Position numbers and translations under genes: made by a program. Under the pieces are notes generated by a model that was not told the DNA's origin, made no database searches, and worked only from the letters and a program-made list of their open reading frames with translations. DNA of 64,000 nucleotides from Candidatus Poribacteria bacterium (GTDB lineage: Bacteria > Poribacteria > WGA-4E > PCPOR2b), in contig OZ220744.1 of the NCBI GenBank assembly GCA_965116925.1, positions 4,512,001 to 4,576,000 of the forward strand, given 5' to 3'. Below are positions 36,925 to 46,742 of this stretch, piece after piece (position 1 is the stretch's first letter; each line of letters starts with the position of its first letter).

Positions 36925-37938
36925 TCAATTCCGTTTGATTTGAACTGAGGCACTCTGTCCGTGGCTATCGGCAATCGCTTGACAGATCCGCATCACTTCG
37001 CAAGCATCAGCAAGGCTTGCCCGGGGTTGTCTGCCAGAGAGGATTGACTGGGCAAAATGCTCCATCTGTTCAAGATAGCCGTGGCGTCCGTAGCCACGAT
37101 AATGTGTGCCTTGATTCCATTCTAAGGTCGGAAAATCCCGATAGCCGCCGACTCCCCGCCACGCATCTGGCTTGAGATATTGAACGCGCTGCATGTTGTG
37201 GACATTGACCGCATGTCCACCGTCGCCAGCGACCATCACCGACGTTTCTAGTGCTGGTGCTCCCGCAACCATGTTTAGCGTACCGACTGCACCATTGTCA
37301 AACTGTAGAGAGACAGCAAACGCCATTCTACCACCTTCACCGAAATGCTCAAAAGCGCGGAGTCTTGTGACATCGCCCACCAGATATCTCATGCAATCCA
37401 CAATATGAACCCCTTGATCCAGCAGGTATGCCCACTCTAGCGCTTCATGGGCACCTCTTGGGCTCGGTGCTAGGTATCGCCCTTCAAATAGGATAGGTTC
37501 TCCAAATTCTGCTTGCGTGATAATTCGCCTTGCCATCCGGTGTGCAGGTGCATGGCGCCACATCGTCGCGACCATGCCAAATTTTCCCGTTCTCGCAGAG
37601 GTTTCGGAAAGCCGTTCGGCATCTTCCACATTGATTGCAGGTGGCTTTTCGATGAAGACGTGCTTTCCGAGTTCCATACAAGCGATCGCCATATCGGTGT
37701 GCATGGTCTTGGGGTGCCCAACAATCGCAACAACATCCAGTTCTTCTGTCTCAATCATCTCCCGATAATCTGTATACCACTGTTTGGCACCAAAGCGTAT
37801 GGCGTTGCTCTCAGCTTTCGCGGCTGATATATCGCACGTTGCAACAAAGTCAATTTCGGGGACCAACCGAACACACGGTTGCAGATTCCGGGTGGCATGC
37901 GACCCACAACCGATAAAACCCAATTTAATCTGTGCCAT
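36925..37938 (-). CDS. Gfo/Idh/MocA family oxidoreductase
   Basis: GFIGCG, GKHVFIEKP and LLDQGVH motifs. Confidence 0.9.
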   Translation of the reverse strand: MAQIKLGFIGCGSHATRNLQPCVRLVPEIDFVATCDISAAKAESNAIRFGAKQWYTDYREMIETEELDVVAIVGHPKTMHTDMAIACMELGKHVFIEKPPAINVEDAERLSETSARTGKFGMVATMWRHAPAHRMARRIITQAEFGEPILFEGRYLAPSPRGAHEALEWAYLLDQGVHIVDCMRYLVGDVTRLRAFEHFGEGGRMAFAVSLQFDNGAVGTLNMVAGAPALETSVMVAGDGGHAVNVHNMQRVQYLKPDAWRGVGGYRDFPTLEWNQGTHYRGYGRHGYLEQMEHFAQSILSGRQPRASLADACEVMRICQAIADSHGQSASVQIKRN

Positions 37939-37990
37939 GACAATCTCACCTATACCTTCAAACGCCTTTTTTGCCCTCCTTGGAGAGGTC

Positions 37991-38896
37991 TCATTCCACA
38001 GTATATGCCAACGCCATCTTCGCTCCATCGTTTACGGCGGATTTGGCCGCCGCCTCAATGAAGGCAACAATTTCTATGCTTTCAGAGATGTCAATCGGCG
38101 GCATTCCGGTCTCGAACATCTGGACAATCTGCTTGAGAAGTTCACGATAAATGTAACTTGCATTGATTGAGGTTCGCACAATGGATTTTTCACAATAGGC
38201 GGTGAAACCGTATCCTTGAGTTCCCTTCCGGATGCCGCGCATTGTGCCAACTCGTCCATCTTTCCAACGCCCGGTCACGACATCCACATCATCGTTCGAG
38301 ACCGACCAAACCGCTTCACACCCAGGTCCCATCAGCGCGTATAGCGTTTCCACGCCGTGGAGTCCGTAATGGAATAACCCCGGATTGCGTGGCTGGAGCG
38401 GTGCTGGCGAGCTAACTTCTACACCGAGAATCTTTCCCGTTTCTTCCTCTTTCCTCTTGATCTCGACAACTTCTAGACCGTAACGCAACGAGGAGGAGGT
38501 GAAGATTGGGACATTTTTTGATTGGGCGAGTGCTGCTAGGGCTTTCGCTTCCGATAGGTCACAGGTAAAGGGCTTATCCACAAATGCGGGCAATCCAGCT
38601 TCCAAGAACGGTGCTGTGCGTTTATAGTGGAAACTACCTTCGACCGACTCAATGAGCACGGCATCGATTTGTCCAATCATCTCCTCCGGTTTCTCCACCA
38701 ACGGCACGCCGTACTCCTGCATCTGTTTGGTATAGCCGGGGATGCGTTCAGGAGATAGTAGCGATTCCCCCGGACAACCGACCACAATTTTTGCCCCCTC
38801 TACCCACTGCTCCTCATCTACATCAATATGGTTGAGCCGCTTTGTAAATTCAACCACGTGGGATGTATCAAAATCAACAATTCCGAGCCGGATCAT
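37991..38896 (-). CDS. Gfo/Idh/MocA family oxidoreductase
   Basis: GIVDFDTSH, FVDKP, SSSLRY and YGLHGVE motifs. Confidence 0.85.
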   Translation of the reverse strand: MIRLGIVDFDTSHVVEFTKRLNHIDVDEEQWVEGAKIVVGCPGESLLSPERIPGYTKQMQEYGVPLVEKPEEMIGQIDAVLIESVEGSFHYKRTAPFLEAGLPAFVDKPFTCDLSEAKALAALAQSKNVPIFTSSSLRYGLEVVEIKRKEEETGKILGVEVSSPAPLQPRNPGLFHYGLHGVETLYALMGPGCEAVWSVSNDDVDVVTGRWKDGRVGTMRGIRKGTQGYGFTAYCEKSIVRTSINASYIYRELLKQIVQMFETGMPPIDISESIEIVAFIEAAAKSAVNDGAKMALAYTVE

Positions 38897-39084
38897 TCAT
38901 CCCTCCAAGCTATGTTACTAGTAGTCCTTTGGTTAATGAAATTAATTCTCTTGAGGAAGTTCTTACTGACAATCACAATACAGAATTTTCGCTGATTTCC
39001 CACTATTTTGTCAAGGTATTTTTCTCTATACATGGTACTAGGGCTATGATACAATGTCAGAAATCGGCTAGCATTTTTGAATTA

Positions 39085-39990
39085 TGGTAGATAATATAAA
39101 TAAGTGAACATTATTTAGAAATGTGTTACGATATAAGTATTATGAGATATTCACCCGATTTACGCAAACGCGTCCTTGATTTCATACAAGCCGGCGGCAG
39201 CAAAACAGAAGCCGCTAAACGGTTTAACGTCGGACGGACCACTATCTATAAGTGGCTAAACGCCCCGGATCCATTCGCTTATCAACGCCCCGGTCCCCGA
39301 GGGCCCCGGTCTATTGATTATGATGCGCTGAAACAACATGTTGCTGATTTTCCAGACCAGACCCTCAAAGAACGCGCCGTTCATTTTGGAGTGTCGACCT
39401 TCTGTATAGGGTATAGCCTCAAACGGCTAGGGTACACGCGAAAAAAAAAGACCCTCGGTTATAAGGAGCGGTGCGATGAAAAACGACACGCCTATCGTCA
39501 ACAACTCGAACAAGTCAAAATCGTTGGTAAATCCGTAGTTTATGCCGATGAGAGTGGCTTTCGAGACGACGGTTATAGACGGTATGGCTATGCGCCTTTA
39601 GGCACACCCGTGTTTGACCTTATATCCAGTCAACGCACTCGGACCACCACACTTATTGCCGCACGTTTTGAAGATACCTTCACTGCGGCACGGTTATTTG
39701 AAGGCAGTTGCAAAGCCAACGATTTCAATGATTGGTTAGCCGGGCAGTTATGTCCACGCTTGACTTCAAAACACGTCGTAATCCTTGATAATGCACGACT
39801 TCACAAAACGCCAAAGACCCGACAGTTAATAGAGGCTTCAGGGGCGAGTCTGATGTTTTTACCCCCTTATTCCCCGGATTACAATCCGATTGAACACGAT
39901 TTTGCTAATATAAAGCGAATCCAACAATATCAAACAGAAATGTCTATTGAGGATATTATTCAAATGTATCAGTAATTCTATCATCTACCA
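39085..39990 (+). mobile_element. Complete IS630-family insertion sequence (906 bp) flanked by TA dinucleotides
   Basis: Imperfect TIRs tggtagataatataaata and taattctatcatctacca. TA at 39083-39084 and 39991-39992. Confidence 0.9.
39142..39975 (+). CDS. IS630-family transposase
   Basis: YSPDLRKRV HTH start and a DDE triad in ADESGF, LDNA and YSPDYNPIE. Confidence 0.93.
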   Translation: MRYSPDLRKRVLDFIQAGGSKTEAAKRFNVGRTTIYKWLNAPDPFAYQRPGPRGPRSIDYDALKQHVADFPDQTLKERAVHFGVSTFCIGYSLKRLGYTRKKKTLGYKERCDEKRHAYRQQLEQVKIVGKSVVYADESGFRDDGYRRYGYAPLGTPVFDLISSQRTRTTTLIAARFEDTFTAARLFEGSCKANDFNDWLAGQLCPRLTSKHVVILDNARLHKTPKTRQLIEASGASLMFLPPYSPDYNPIEHDFANIKRIQQYQTEMSIEDIIQMYQ

Positions 39991-40023
39991 TAGTCGGTGT
40001 TGGAGTACATTATTTTTATTTTG

Positions 40024-40153
40024 GCTCATGTAAAAAGAAAGTGCAAAACACGAAGTGAAATCGTAGGGGCGGGGAAACCCCGCCCGCCGTAAGGGTTGGG
40101 TGACCCAACCCCTACGAATATTCGGCTTCTTTGCACTAAATCTTAACATGAGC
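40024..40153. mobile_element. MITE-like element (GCTCATGT family) carrying an inverted REP doublet
   Basis: Ends gctcatgtaaaaa...ttaacatgagc are shared with 52371-52459. Cargo REPs at 40063-40085 and 40093-40115. Confidence 0.75.
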
Positions 40154-40206
40154 GTTTATTTTTTTTGTAAAATGATGTCCCGAACCTCTCGGCTTCCCAG
40201 TCTACT

Positions 40207-41022
40207 ATGAAATCGATATTGACGAAAAAGGTCATACGTTGGCGTAATTCCCGTCCCTCTCCGGCTGAGGACTCTCTCGTAGTTGAAGAGCCTCTCGAAA
40301 TTCGGGTGGGCGGACAGAGTCTGATAGTTGTGATGCGCACACCGGGACATGACTTTGATCTCGCCGCAGGATTTCTCTACACGGAGGGACTGATAAAATC
40401 GTCCGATGATATCGGGACAATCGCCTACTGTGAGGATGAGGATATCGAGGAGCCGGACCTGCAAAATATCATAAACGTTCACCTTACGAATGGGCAGGTT
40501 CTCGAAGAGCAGGAGGGGTGGCAACGGAACTTCCACGCGAACGCTAGTTGTGGGTTGTGCGGCAAAATGACTATCGAATCGGTTAAACAGGAGATTCCGC
40601 CAATAAAATCGGAGATTCAGATAGATCCAGCTGTTTTGTACCGGCTCAATGATACGCTGCGATCAGCACAATCGGTCTTTGAAGCAACGGGCGGATTGCA
40701 CGCCGCTGGGTTATTTGATGAACGGGGAGAGCTGCAAATTGTACGCGAGGATGTCGGGCGACACAATGCAGTGGATAAGGTGATTGGACATGCACTCTTG
40801 GTTGAAGAACTTCCATTAGATCAACACATTTTGATGGTGAGTGGACGAGCCAGTTTCGAGATTATCCAAAAAGCGTTATTCGCCCGAATACCAGTGATTG
40901 TAGCGGTTTCGGCGGCATCAAGCCTTGCCGCCGAAATGGCGCAAGAGGGTAAAATTACATTGATTGGGTTTATGCGTGGCAAAGGCATGACCGTCTACAG
41001 TTATCCGGACCGGATTCGGTAA
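40207..41022 (+). CDS. fdhD: Formate dehydrogenase accessory sulfurtransferase FdhD
   Basis: EEPLEI, MRTPG, SCGLCG, TGGLHAA, EDVGRHNAVDK and SGRASFE motifs. Confidence 0.95.
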   Translation: MKSILTKKVIRWRNSRPSPAEDSLVVEEPLEIRVGGQSLIVVMRTPGHDFDLAAGFLYTEGLIKSSDDIGTIAYCEDEDIEEPDLQNIINVHLTNGQVLEEQEGWQRNFHANASCGLCGKMTIESVKQEIPPIKSEIQIDPAVLYRLNDTLRSAQSVFEATGGLHAAGLFDERGELQIVREDVGRHNAVDKVIGHALLVEELPLDQHILMVSGRASFEIIQKALFARIPVIVAVSAASSLAAEMAQEGKITLIGFMRGKGMTVYSYPDRIR

Positions 41023-41107
41023 ATTGCAGCAGAATGGCAATAACGTTATAATCAGGTCTGGAACGTGTAAAAAACTCAACATATATGGTGAAGGAGGATT
41101 ATTCTAC

Positions 41108-41383
41108 ATGGAAGCGATTTTAGGCGCAGCCCAATCACTGGTGAATCTTTTGTTTTTAGTCGTTGTGCTGGGTACAGCAGGAATCTCGTGGTGGTTGTCC
41201 ACCAAATATCGTGAACGATACGCGGAATTTCCGTGGAATAAGGCGGCGATTATTCTCGGAATTGAAGTCCTAGCTTGGATTGCGTTCAACATCTTCTGGA
41301 GTTGGGTCACACATAATTGGTGGATTGCCATTGTTCTCATCGTTATTATTATTATCGTGTTAAAAAAGCGGAGACGCGAATAA
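41108..41383 (+). CDS. Small membrane protein, hypothetical
   Basis: AAGGAGGA RBS, three hydrophobic helices and a basic C-terminus. Confidence 0.7.
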   Translation: MEAILGAAQSLVNLLFLVVVLGTAGISWWLSTKYRERYAEFPWNKAAIILGIEVLAWIAFNIFWSWVTHNWWIAIVLIVIIIIVLKKRRRE

Positions 41384-41404
41384 AAAAGAAATGGAGTAAA
41401 TCTC

Positions 41405-42268
41405 ATGGGTAGAGTCAATCGTGCTATTGAACTTCTTGAGGGGAGACATACCCTCATTTACGGCGGCAGCGGAGATTTGTCATACGAGGGCGGTGTTAAC
41501 GCCTGTCATACGGATAACGATTTCCTCCTGCTCGAACAAGAGCATGTCGCACTGAACATACTGGGCGTGCGGGAATTCATGAGGGGATTGGCAGCAGCGG
41601 GACCCACAAAGAGTGGACATCCGACACCGACCGTGTTGGTCACACTGCCCGTGCAGGGCACCGACGAACACGTGATGCGGGCAAATGCTTGGATGGTAAC
41701 ACACTACCTTGACTGCGGTGTTCACGGCTTTGTGCTTTGTCACGCCGAGACTCCGGGAGCGGTGAAGGCACTGGTCGAATCCATGCGATTTCCCTTTAAT
41801 GACATTGGTGTAGGGGACGGGTTGGATGAGGGGCGCCGGGGTGCCGGCGGCGGTCCGGGGCATATCTGGGGAATGGATCACTCGGAATACCTGCGAAAGG
41901 CAGATGTCTGGCCTCTGAACCCGGAGGGCGAGTTAATCGTCGGGTTGAAAATCGAGAATCGCCGTGCCCTAGAGAATTGTGAAGCAACCTGTAAGGTGCC
42001 GGGTGTTACTTACACCGAGTGGGGTCCCGGTGACATGGGGTACTCGTTCGGCGATCCGGACGCACATGATCCTCCCTACAGCCCCGAAATGGCTGCGGCG
42101 CGTGCGCGAGTCAACGCTGCTCGAACAGCTGCAGGAATTGAGTTCTGTGATTCGATTAATGTTGATAACTATAAGGAGCAGATCGACAACGACATCTTGA
42201 TCTGCGGAGGCGGTCCCGAAATCGCAGCACTATGTCGCGAGTATACCAAGCGGACTATGCCGGCATAG
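41405..42268 (+). CDS. HpcH/HpaI aldolase family protein
   Basis: EQEH, LDCGVHG, KIEN and EWGPGDMG motifs. Confidence 0.8.
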   Translation: MGRVNRAIELLEGRHTLIYGGSGDLSYEGGVNACHTDNDFLLLEQEHVALNILGVREFMRGLAAAGPTKSGHPTPTVLVTLPVQGTDEHVMRANAWMVTHYLDCGVHGFVLCHAETPGAVKALVESMRFPFNDIGVGDGLDEGRRGAGGGPGHIWGMDHSEYLRKADVWPLNPEGELIVGLKIENRRALENCEATCKVPGVTYTEWGPGDMGYSFGDPDAHDPPYSPEMAAARARVNAARTAAGIEFCDSINVDNYKEQIDNDILICGGGPEIAALCREYTKRTMPA

Positions 42269-42327
42269 TGTCCTTTTGTGAAAGATTGGTGGCTTGGTCT
42301 GATAAGGAAGGAATTTAATCTGAGGTT

Positions 42328-43269
42328 ATGGCAACCAAAATAGTGACAATGAATATGGACGATGCGTCCGCGGAGCGGATCCGTGCGGTGTCCGATCAGG
42401 TTGAACTTATAGTCGCCGGCTCTGAAGAGAAATTTGAGGCAGAACTCCCTAGCGCAGACATCCTGATTGGTGATGTTCGACCAAAATATTTCCCAACAGC
42501 GAAGCGGGTACGTTGGATGGCGTACTATTCGGCAGGGATTGACTTCCTGATGAGCCCGGAGATTGAAAAGAGTGATGTTATTATCACAACCGCGAAGGGC
42601 TTTGTCGGGATACACTTAGCGGAGCACGCATTCGCGCTCATCTTAGGTCTCACACGGGATGTCGCACTGGTAACTCGCAACGCCAGTTGGAGTAACAACC
42701 GTTTGATGGCGCGGGAACTAATCGATAGTACCATGGGGGTAATTGGACTAGGGGGTGCCGGGCGTGAGACAGCGAAACGCGCACACGCTTTTGGGATGCG
42801 GGTACTTGCCGTAGATCCGATGCCTGCGACGGTTCCCGATTATGTGGAGGCGTGTTGGGGATTAGACCGCTTCCATGATTTACTAGAGGTTTCCGATGTT
42901 GTTGTCATCTGCGCGCCGCTCACCCCGGAGACGGAGGAGATGTTCAATCGGGAGGCGTTTCGCCGTATGCAGCCCCACGCGTTACTAATCAATGTCAGTC
43001 GTGGTAGGATTGTCAACGAAGAGGCACTGATGGAGGCATTGGAACAGGGACTTATCGGCGGTGCCGGTTTGGATGTGCTGCCGGTGGAACCGGTGGCAGA
43101 TGATCATCCCTTGTGGAAGATGGAGAATGTGATTATTACCCCTCATATGGCTGGCAACTCGCCGATGCGGGGACCTCGATGGATGGACACATTCTGTGAG
43201 AATCTGAAACGATTTATGATGGGGGATGACGATCTGCTCAGCCGTTTCGACCAGACCAAAGGATATTAA
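42328..43269 (+). CDS. D-2-hydroxyacid dehydrogenase
   Basis: GLGGAG, PLTPET, INVSRG, LDV..VEP and ITPH motifs. Confidence 0.92.
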   Translation: MATKIVTMNMDDASAERIRAVSDQVELIVAGSEEKFEAELPSADILIGDVRPKYFPTAKRVRWMAYYSAGIDFLMSPEIEKSDVIITTAKGFVGIHLAEHAFALILGLTRDVALVTRNASWSNNRLMARELIDSTMGVIGLGGAGRETAKRAHAFGMRVLAVDPMPATVPDYVEACWGLDRFHDLLEVSDVVVICAPLTPETEEMFNREAFRRMQPHALLINVSRGRIVNEEALMEALEQGLIGGAGLDVLPVEPVADDHPLWKMENVIITPHMAGNSPMRGPRWMDTFCENLKRFMMGDDDLLSRFDQTKGY

Positions 43270-43397
43270 CTACTAGTCCTACTCGGCTCCGACTACGCCG
43301 AGAGTCTATGACTTGAATAGGTATATCCAAGCCATGCCCATTGATATGCAGTGGATTTGTCAATCCACGGCGACCGGTGATTGATTCGATTATTGAG

Positions 43398-44177
43398 TTA
43401 AGCGAGTGCTAGCAGGCAGTTATCGTCCAATGGTTCAATCGGCGTGAAGTCACGGTGAGCGATCCATTCTGGGCGTTTGAACTGGCGGATGTGGTTATCC
43501 ACATGGCAGAGGCTCAGATATACAATCACCCGATCCCACGGACTGATGTTAGGCGCGGAGGCGTGCACCATATTTGAGTGGAACATCAGCACGGTGCCCG
43601 GCAGCCCCTTGGGTGCGATGATCCCGCCTTCGTTTGCTAGGTGACGGATCCTGTCCTTGTCGAGTGTCCACAGCGGATAGGAGGTCGTCAATGTGTCATG
43701 TCCCGCCTCTATTACCCCCTGTTTGTGGCTACGCGGAATAAGGTAGAGAGGACCGTTGAATTCGGTTACCTCGTCAAGGAACACGGCAATGTTCATCGCC
43801 CGTGGTTGTGGCATCTGGTCATCGCGGGACCATGTGCCGTAGTCTTGGTGCCACTGCCAGACATCGCCGTTGAAAGCGGCTTTCCCGTTAATTTTGTACT
43901 GGTGCATGTACACCGGTCCACCAAGGAGCTGCATGACCGGCTCAATTAAGCGGGGATGCTGTCCCAAGCGGCTAAACGCCTCGTTGTAGGTATGTGCGGC
44001 GAAGGCAGTGCGAACCGCCTCCCCATCCTTTTCACGCCAGACCTCCTCGCGCCGCATGGCGAAAATCTTCGGGAGTTCATTTTTTAGGACATCGATTTCT
44101 GCTTGGCTGAACCGGTTTTTCAGGAGTACCCAACCGTCGGTATCGAAATGATGAAGCTGATCCTTTGTTAATTTCAT
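43398..44177 (-). CDS. PhyH family Fe/2OG dioxygenase (EctD/proline hydroxylase-like)
   Basis: HQYKINGK, WQWHQD, NGPL..IPRSH and VHAS motifs. Confidence 0.88.
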   Translation of the reverse strand: MKLTKDQLHHFDTDGWVLLKNRFSQAEIDVLKNELPKIFAMRREEVWREKDGEAVRTAFAAHTYNEAFSRLGQHPRLIEPVMQLLGGPVYMHQYKINGKAAFNGDVWQWHQDYGTWSRDDQMPQPRAMNIAVFLDEVTEFNGPLYLIPRSHKQGVIEAGHDTLTTSYPLWTLDKDRIRHLANEGGIIAPKGLPGTVLMFHSNMVHASAPNISPWDRVIVYLSLCHVDNHIRQFKRPEWIAHRDFTPIEPLDDNCLLALA

Positions 44178-44226
44178 GGCACGGTGCTCCTTGAGCCGTT
44201 CGGGGTTTTGAACTCTGGCTACCGCA

Positions 44227-44306
44227 TTTCTATATACATTGCGCTCCGCTGGAGCGCGGGGATTGGACGAATCGCTCTTCTATAGACATATTGCTCCTCT
44301 GGAGCG
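44227..44306. repeat. Two 30-bp direct repeats containing a GCTCCnCTGGAGC hairpin (REP-like)
   Basis: 44227-44256 and 44277-44306 match at 25/30. Confidence 0.7.
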
Positions 44307-44366
44307 AAAGATAGGTTACTTCAGCTTTAACAGAAAACCGATGGATTTACGATAGCTATCGTTATA

Positions 44367-45887
44367 TCACTTGAATTGGAATGAGTAGAGCTTGGCGTTC
44401 TTGAAGTAGAAACGCAGCTTTATTGGTTTGCCAGCCAGTGTGCTCACGTCGGAATTACCGTTCCACGAAACGACTTGGCTAGTGCTTCCCACCGTGATTG
44501 AGTCAGCATCGTTGAAGCTAAATCCGGGCAACTTCTTATGGTTCGCCCTTAAAATTTCTACCTTTACTTCGCCGGGACTTGGACCCGCAGCAATCGGTGC
44601 CATGCTTGTGTTCAGATACAGGCGCGATCCGGAAAATCCGAATGGTCGAGTCGTCATCTGACCGAAGGACTCAGGTTCATGGAAGATTTGCCGCTCGCCA
44701 TAGATGTGTCGCAGCTCCTCCTCAGACCTATCCTTGACCACCCAACCCTTCCCACTGTCGAGAGAGACGAACCCGTCCAGACGTGAGACTGCCAGTCCAA
44801 TACCCTCCGCGGACTTGTCGCCCAACTCTAGAGCAATTTCAGGTGATCGGCTGTTGGTGCCGATGTAGTAGGTGAAGATGTTATCCCCGTGAATGATGGT
44901 GTCTTGAGCGTAGACGCTGCTGGAATCGAAATCCCCTCGTGCACCGCCGCGCGGGATGAAAGGCTCTCGGTAGTTGCGTTGAAAGTGGAATCCGTCTCGA
45001 CTGAAGACGATTTCGGGATGATGGGTCACGTTGGTGGTGCGGAAGATCCACAGCAGTCCAACGTAGACACCCTCGTAGGTGATGACCGGTAGGCTGTAGA
45101 ACTCGGTGTCAGGGAAGTCGTCTTTGTCCGGCACAAGAATAATCTCCGGCTCGCTCCAGTGGATCATGTCTGGGCTCTCAGCCCTGCCGATAAGCCGTTT
45201 TCCGTAAGGACCTCGCCAGTGGTGGCTTGCTTCCATAGTGACGTAGTACGTCTCGCGTATCGGGTCCCATCCTTGGAAACGACCCGCCCAACGTCCCAAC
45301 TCCTGTCCTGTATCAATGACGGGATTGCCTTTATAGGGAGTCCAGTTGATCCCATCCGGAGAATAGAAGAGATCGTATTGCATCCCGCGTTTCTGTGTGT
45401 CGCCGATCATGATTAACGCCTTGTACCGTTTGGCGGGATCTTTCTCGCGTAGGTCTTGGAATGCTGGTGCTGGGGGTAGACCCTCCTGTGTAGGAAGGAT
45501 GTTGTTGTCCGTCGAGCCATCGAATTCGACGAGTCCTAGCGATGGTCGTTCCCAGTGAATCCCGTCTTCAGAGGTTGCCAGGCACATCACGCTTCCTTGA
45601 GTGTCTAAGAGAAGCCCCGCGGCACCACCCGGAACCGGCTTCCCGTTTTCCAAATGGACGGTGATGGTTGCGGAGGAATACCACATTTTGAAGATCCCGT
45701 CAATCGGGTCAAAAATCACCTTATTGGGCCGCATGAAGTTTCCTTCCCACGGACGTTCCGGCCGGATGACAGGGTTGTTGTCCACCTTTACCGCGGGGTT
45801 CAGTCCCTGTTTTGCGTTGACCAAGCTCTCGATCAGGTAATCATCGAAAAAGAGCTGCTTGGTGGATCCAATATTGAGCATCGGCAT
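44367..45887 (-). CDS. Five-bladed beta-propeller glycoside hydrolase-like protein (GH32/GH130-like)
   Basis: KQLFFDD, SEDGIHW, SPDGINW, RLDGFVSLD and the C-terminal KLYSFQF. Confidence 0.7.
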   Translation of the reverse strand: MPMLNIGSTKQLFFDDYLIESLVNAKQGLNPAVKVDNNPVIRPERPWEGNFMRPNKVIFDPIDGIFKMWYSSATITVHLENGKPVPGGAAGLLLDTQGSVMCLATSEDGIHWERPSLGLVEFDGSTDNNILPTQEGLPPAPAFQDLREKDPAKRYKALIMIGDTQKRGMQYDLFYSPDGINWTPYKGNPVIDTGQELGRWAGRFQGWDPIRETYYVTMEASHHWRGPYGKRLIGRAESPDMIHWSEPEIILVPDKDDFPDTEFYSLPVITYEGVYVGLLWIFRTTNVTHHPEIVFSRDGFHFQRNYREPFIPRGGARGDFDSSSVYAQDTIIHGDNIFTYYIGTNSRSPEIALELGDKSAEGIGLAVSRLDGFVSLDSGKGWVVKDRSEEELRHIYGERQIFHEPESFGQMTTRPFGFSGSRLYLNTSMAPIAAGPSPGEVKVEILRANHKKLPGFSFNDADSITVGSTSQVVSWNGNSDVSTLAGKPIKLRFYFKNAKLYSFQFK

Positions 45888-45951
45888 GATTATTCTCCTT
45901 TACCAATTTTGGGAAGTAGGCGTTTACACGAGACTAACACCACTAAGTCAC

Positions 45952-46179
45952 TTACGATGGCTTCATTTTCATAAAGAGGCGCTGTTGTTCAACCAACCCG
46001 CTACTCAATCGCAACTCTCGGTTTTCAAAAGCCCATTGTAACATCCCATCCACTATGGCTTGGTTTTTTGCAAGATCATAGTTACGGAGTTCGTGACGTT
46101 TCACCGCTTTTAAGGCGACTGACGCACGTTTCCAGCTTTCAATCCATTGTTGAACATTCTCTTGAGGTGAAGTCTTCAT
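45952..46179 (-). CDS. Small helical hypothetical protein (possible antitoxin-like)
   Basis: 75 aa after an AAGGAAG RBS, with the motif SGLVEQQRLF. Confidence 0.55.
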   Translation of the reverse strand: MKTSPQENVQQWIESWKRASVALKAVKRHELRNYDLAKNQAIVDGMLQWAFENRELRLSSGLVEQQRLFMKMKPS

Positions 46180-46201
46180 AGCAATCTTCCTTTTTCTTCT
46201 G

Positions 46202-46601
46202 TAGGACTTACGCAGTTAAAAGATGAGGTGTTAAGGTAGCATGAGTGAGATTAAAAAGGCTACGTTTCGCCTGCGAAAATCAAATTTTCCCATTTTTCCC
46301 GCGCAAATGGGAAAATTGCCCCTATTTCAGCATGAAACGTTTCGTCATGCCCACCAATCGTATTACAAACAGCTACAAACAATTACATTTTGCCTTCATC
46401 TTATCGTTGGGATTCTTATGGTTGATTGCAGATTGGGTAGGAGTTACGCACCTCCGTAGGGAATAACGATCGTTATTCCCTACAGAACCCTTGATGGTGG
46501 CTCCATTGTAGTTGCCCGATTCATCAGGTGTTGGACATTGTGTTCTGCAGCGATAAATCGCCGAACTACAGGGTTTTGAGCATTCAACTGCGTAAGTCCT
46601 A
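46202..46601. mobile_element. 400-bp MITE-like element with perfect 16-bp TIRs TAGGACTTACGCAGTT, carrying REP palindromes
   Basis: 46202-46217 is the reverse complement of 46586-46601. Internal perfect 28-bp palindrome at 46456-46483 and REP doublet at 46508-46569. Confidence 0.75.
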
Positions 46602-46742
46602 TCTCTTTTTATCTGCGAAAATCAGCGAAATCTGCGTCCCTATTTGCTCTTAGGACTGAAGTGCATAAGTCCTATTCTGGCGTAAATAGCGATCAGTTTG
46701 TCGTAGAGCCAGCTACGAGTTTCTCCAAGCAAGAATCGGCAT

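Noticed and set aside
40207..41022. Formate dehydrogenase operon
   Set aside because: Only fdhD is present and its neighbours are unrelated. A standalone fdhD is common.
43270..43397. Several small hairpins between convergent genes as a candidate ncRNA
   Set aside because: Adequately explained as terminator-like stems, with no further support.
46241..46466. Short ORFs inside the 400-bp MITE
   Set aside because: No RBS or recognisable motif, so they are likely spurious.
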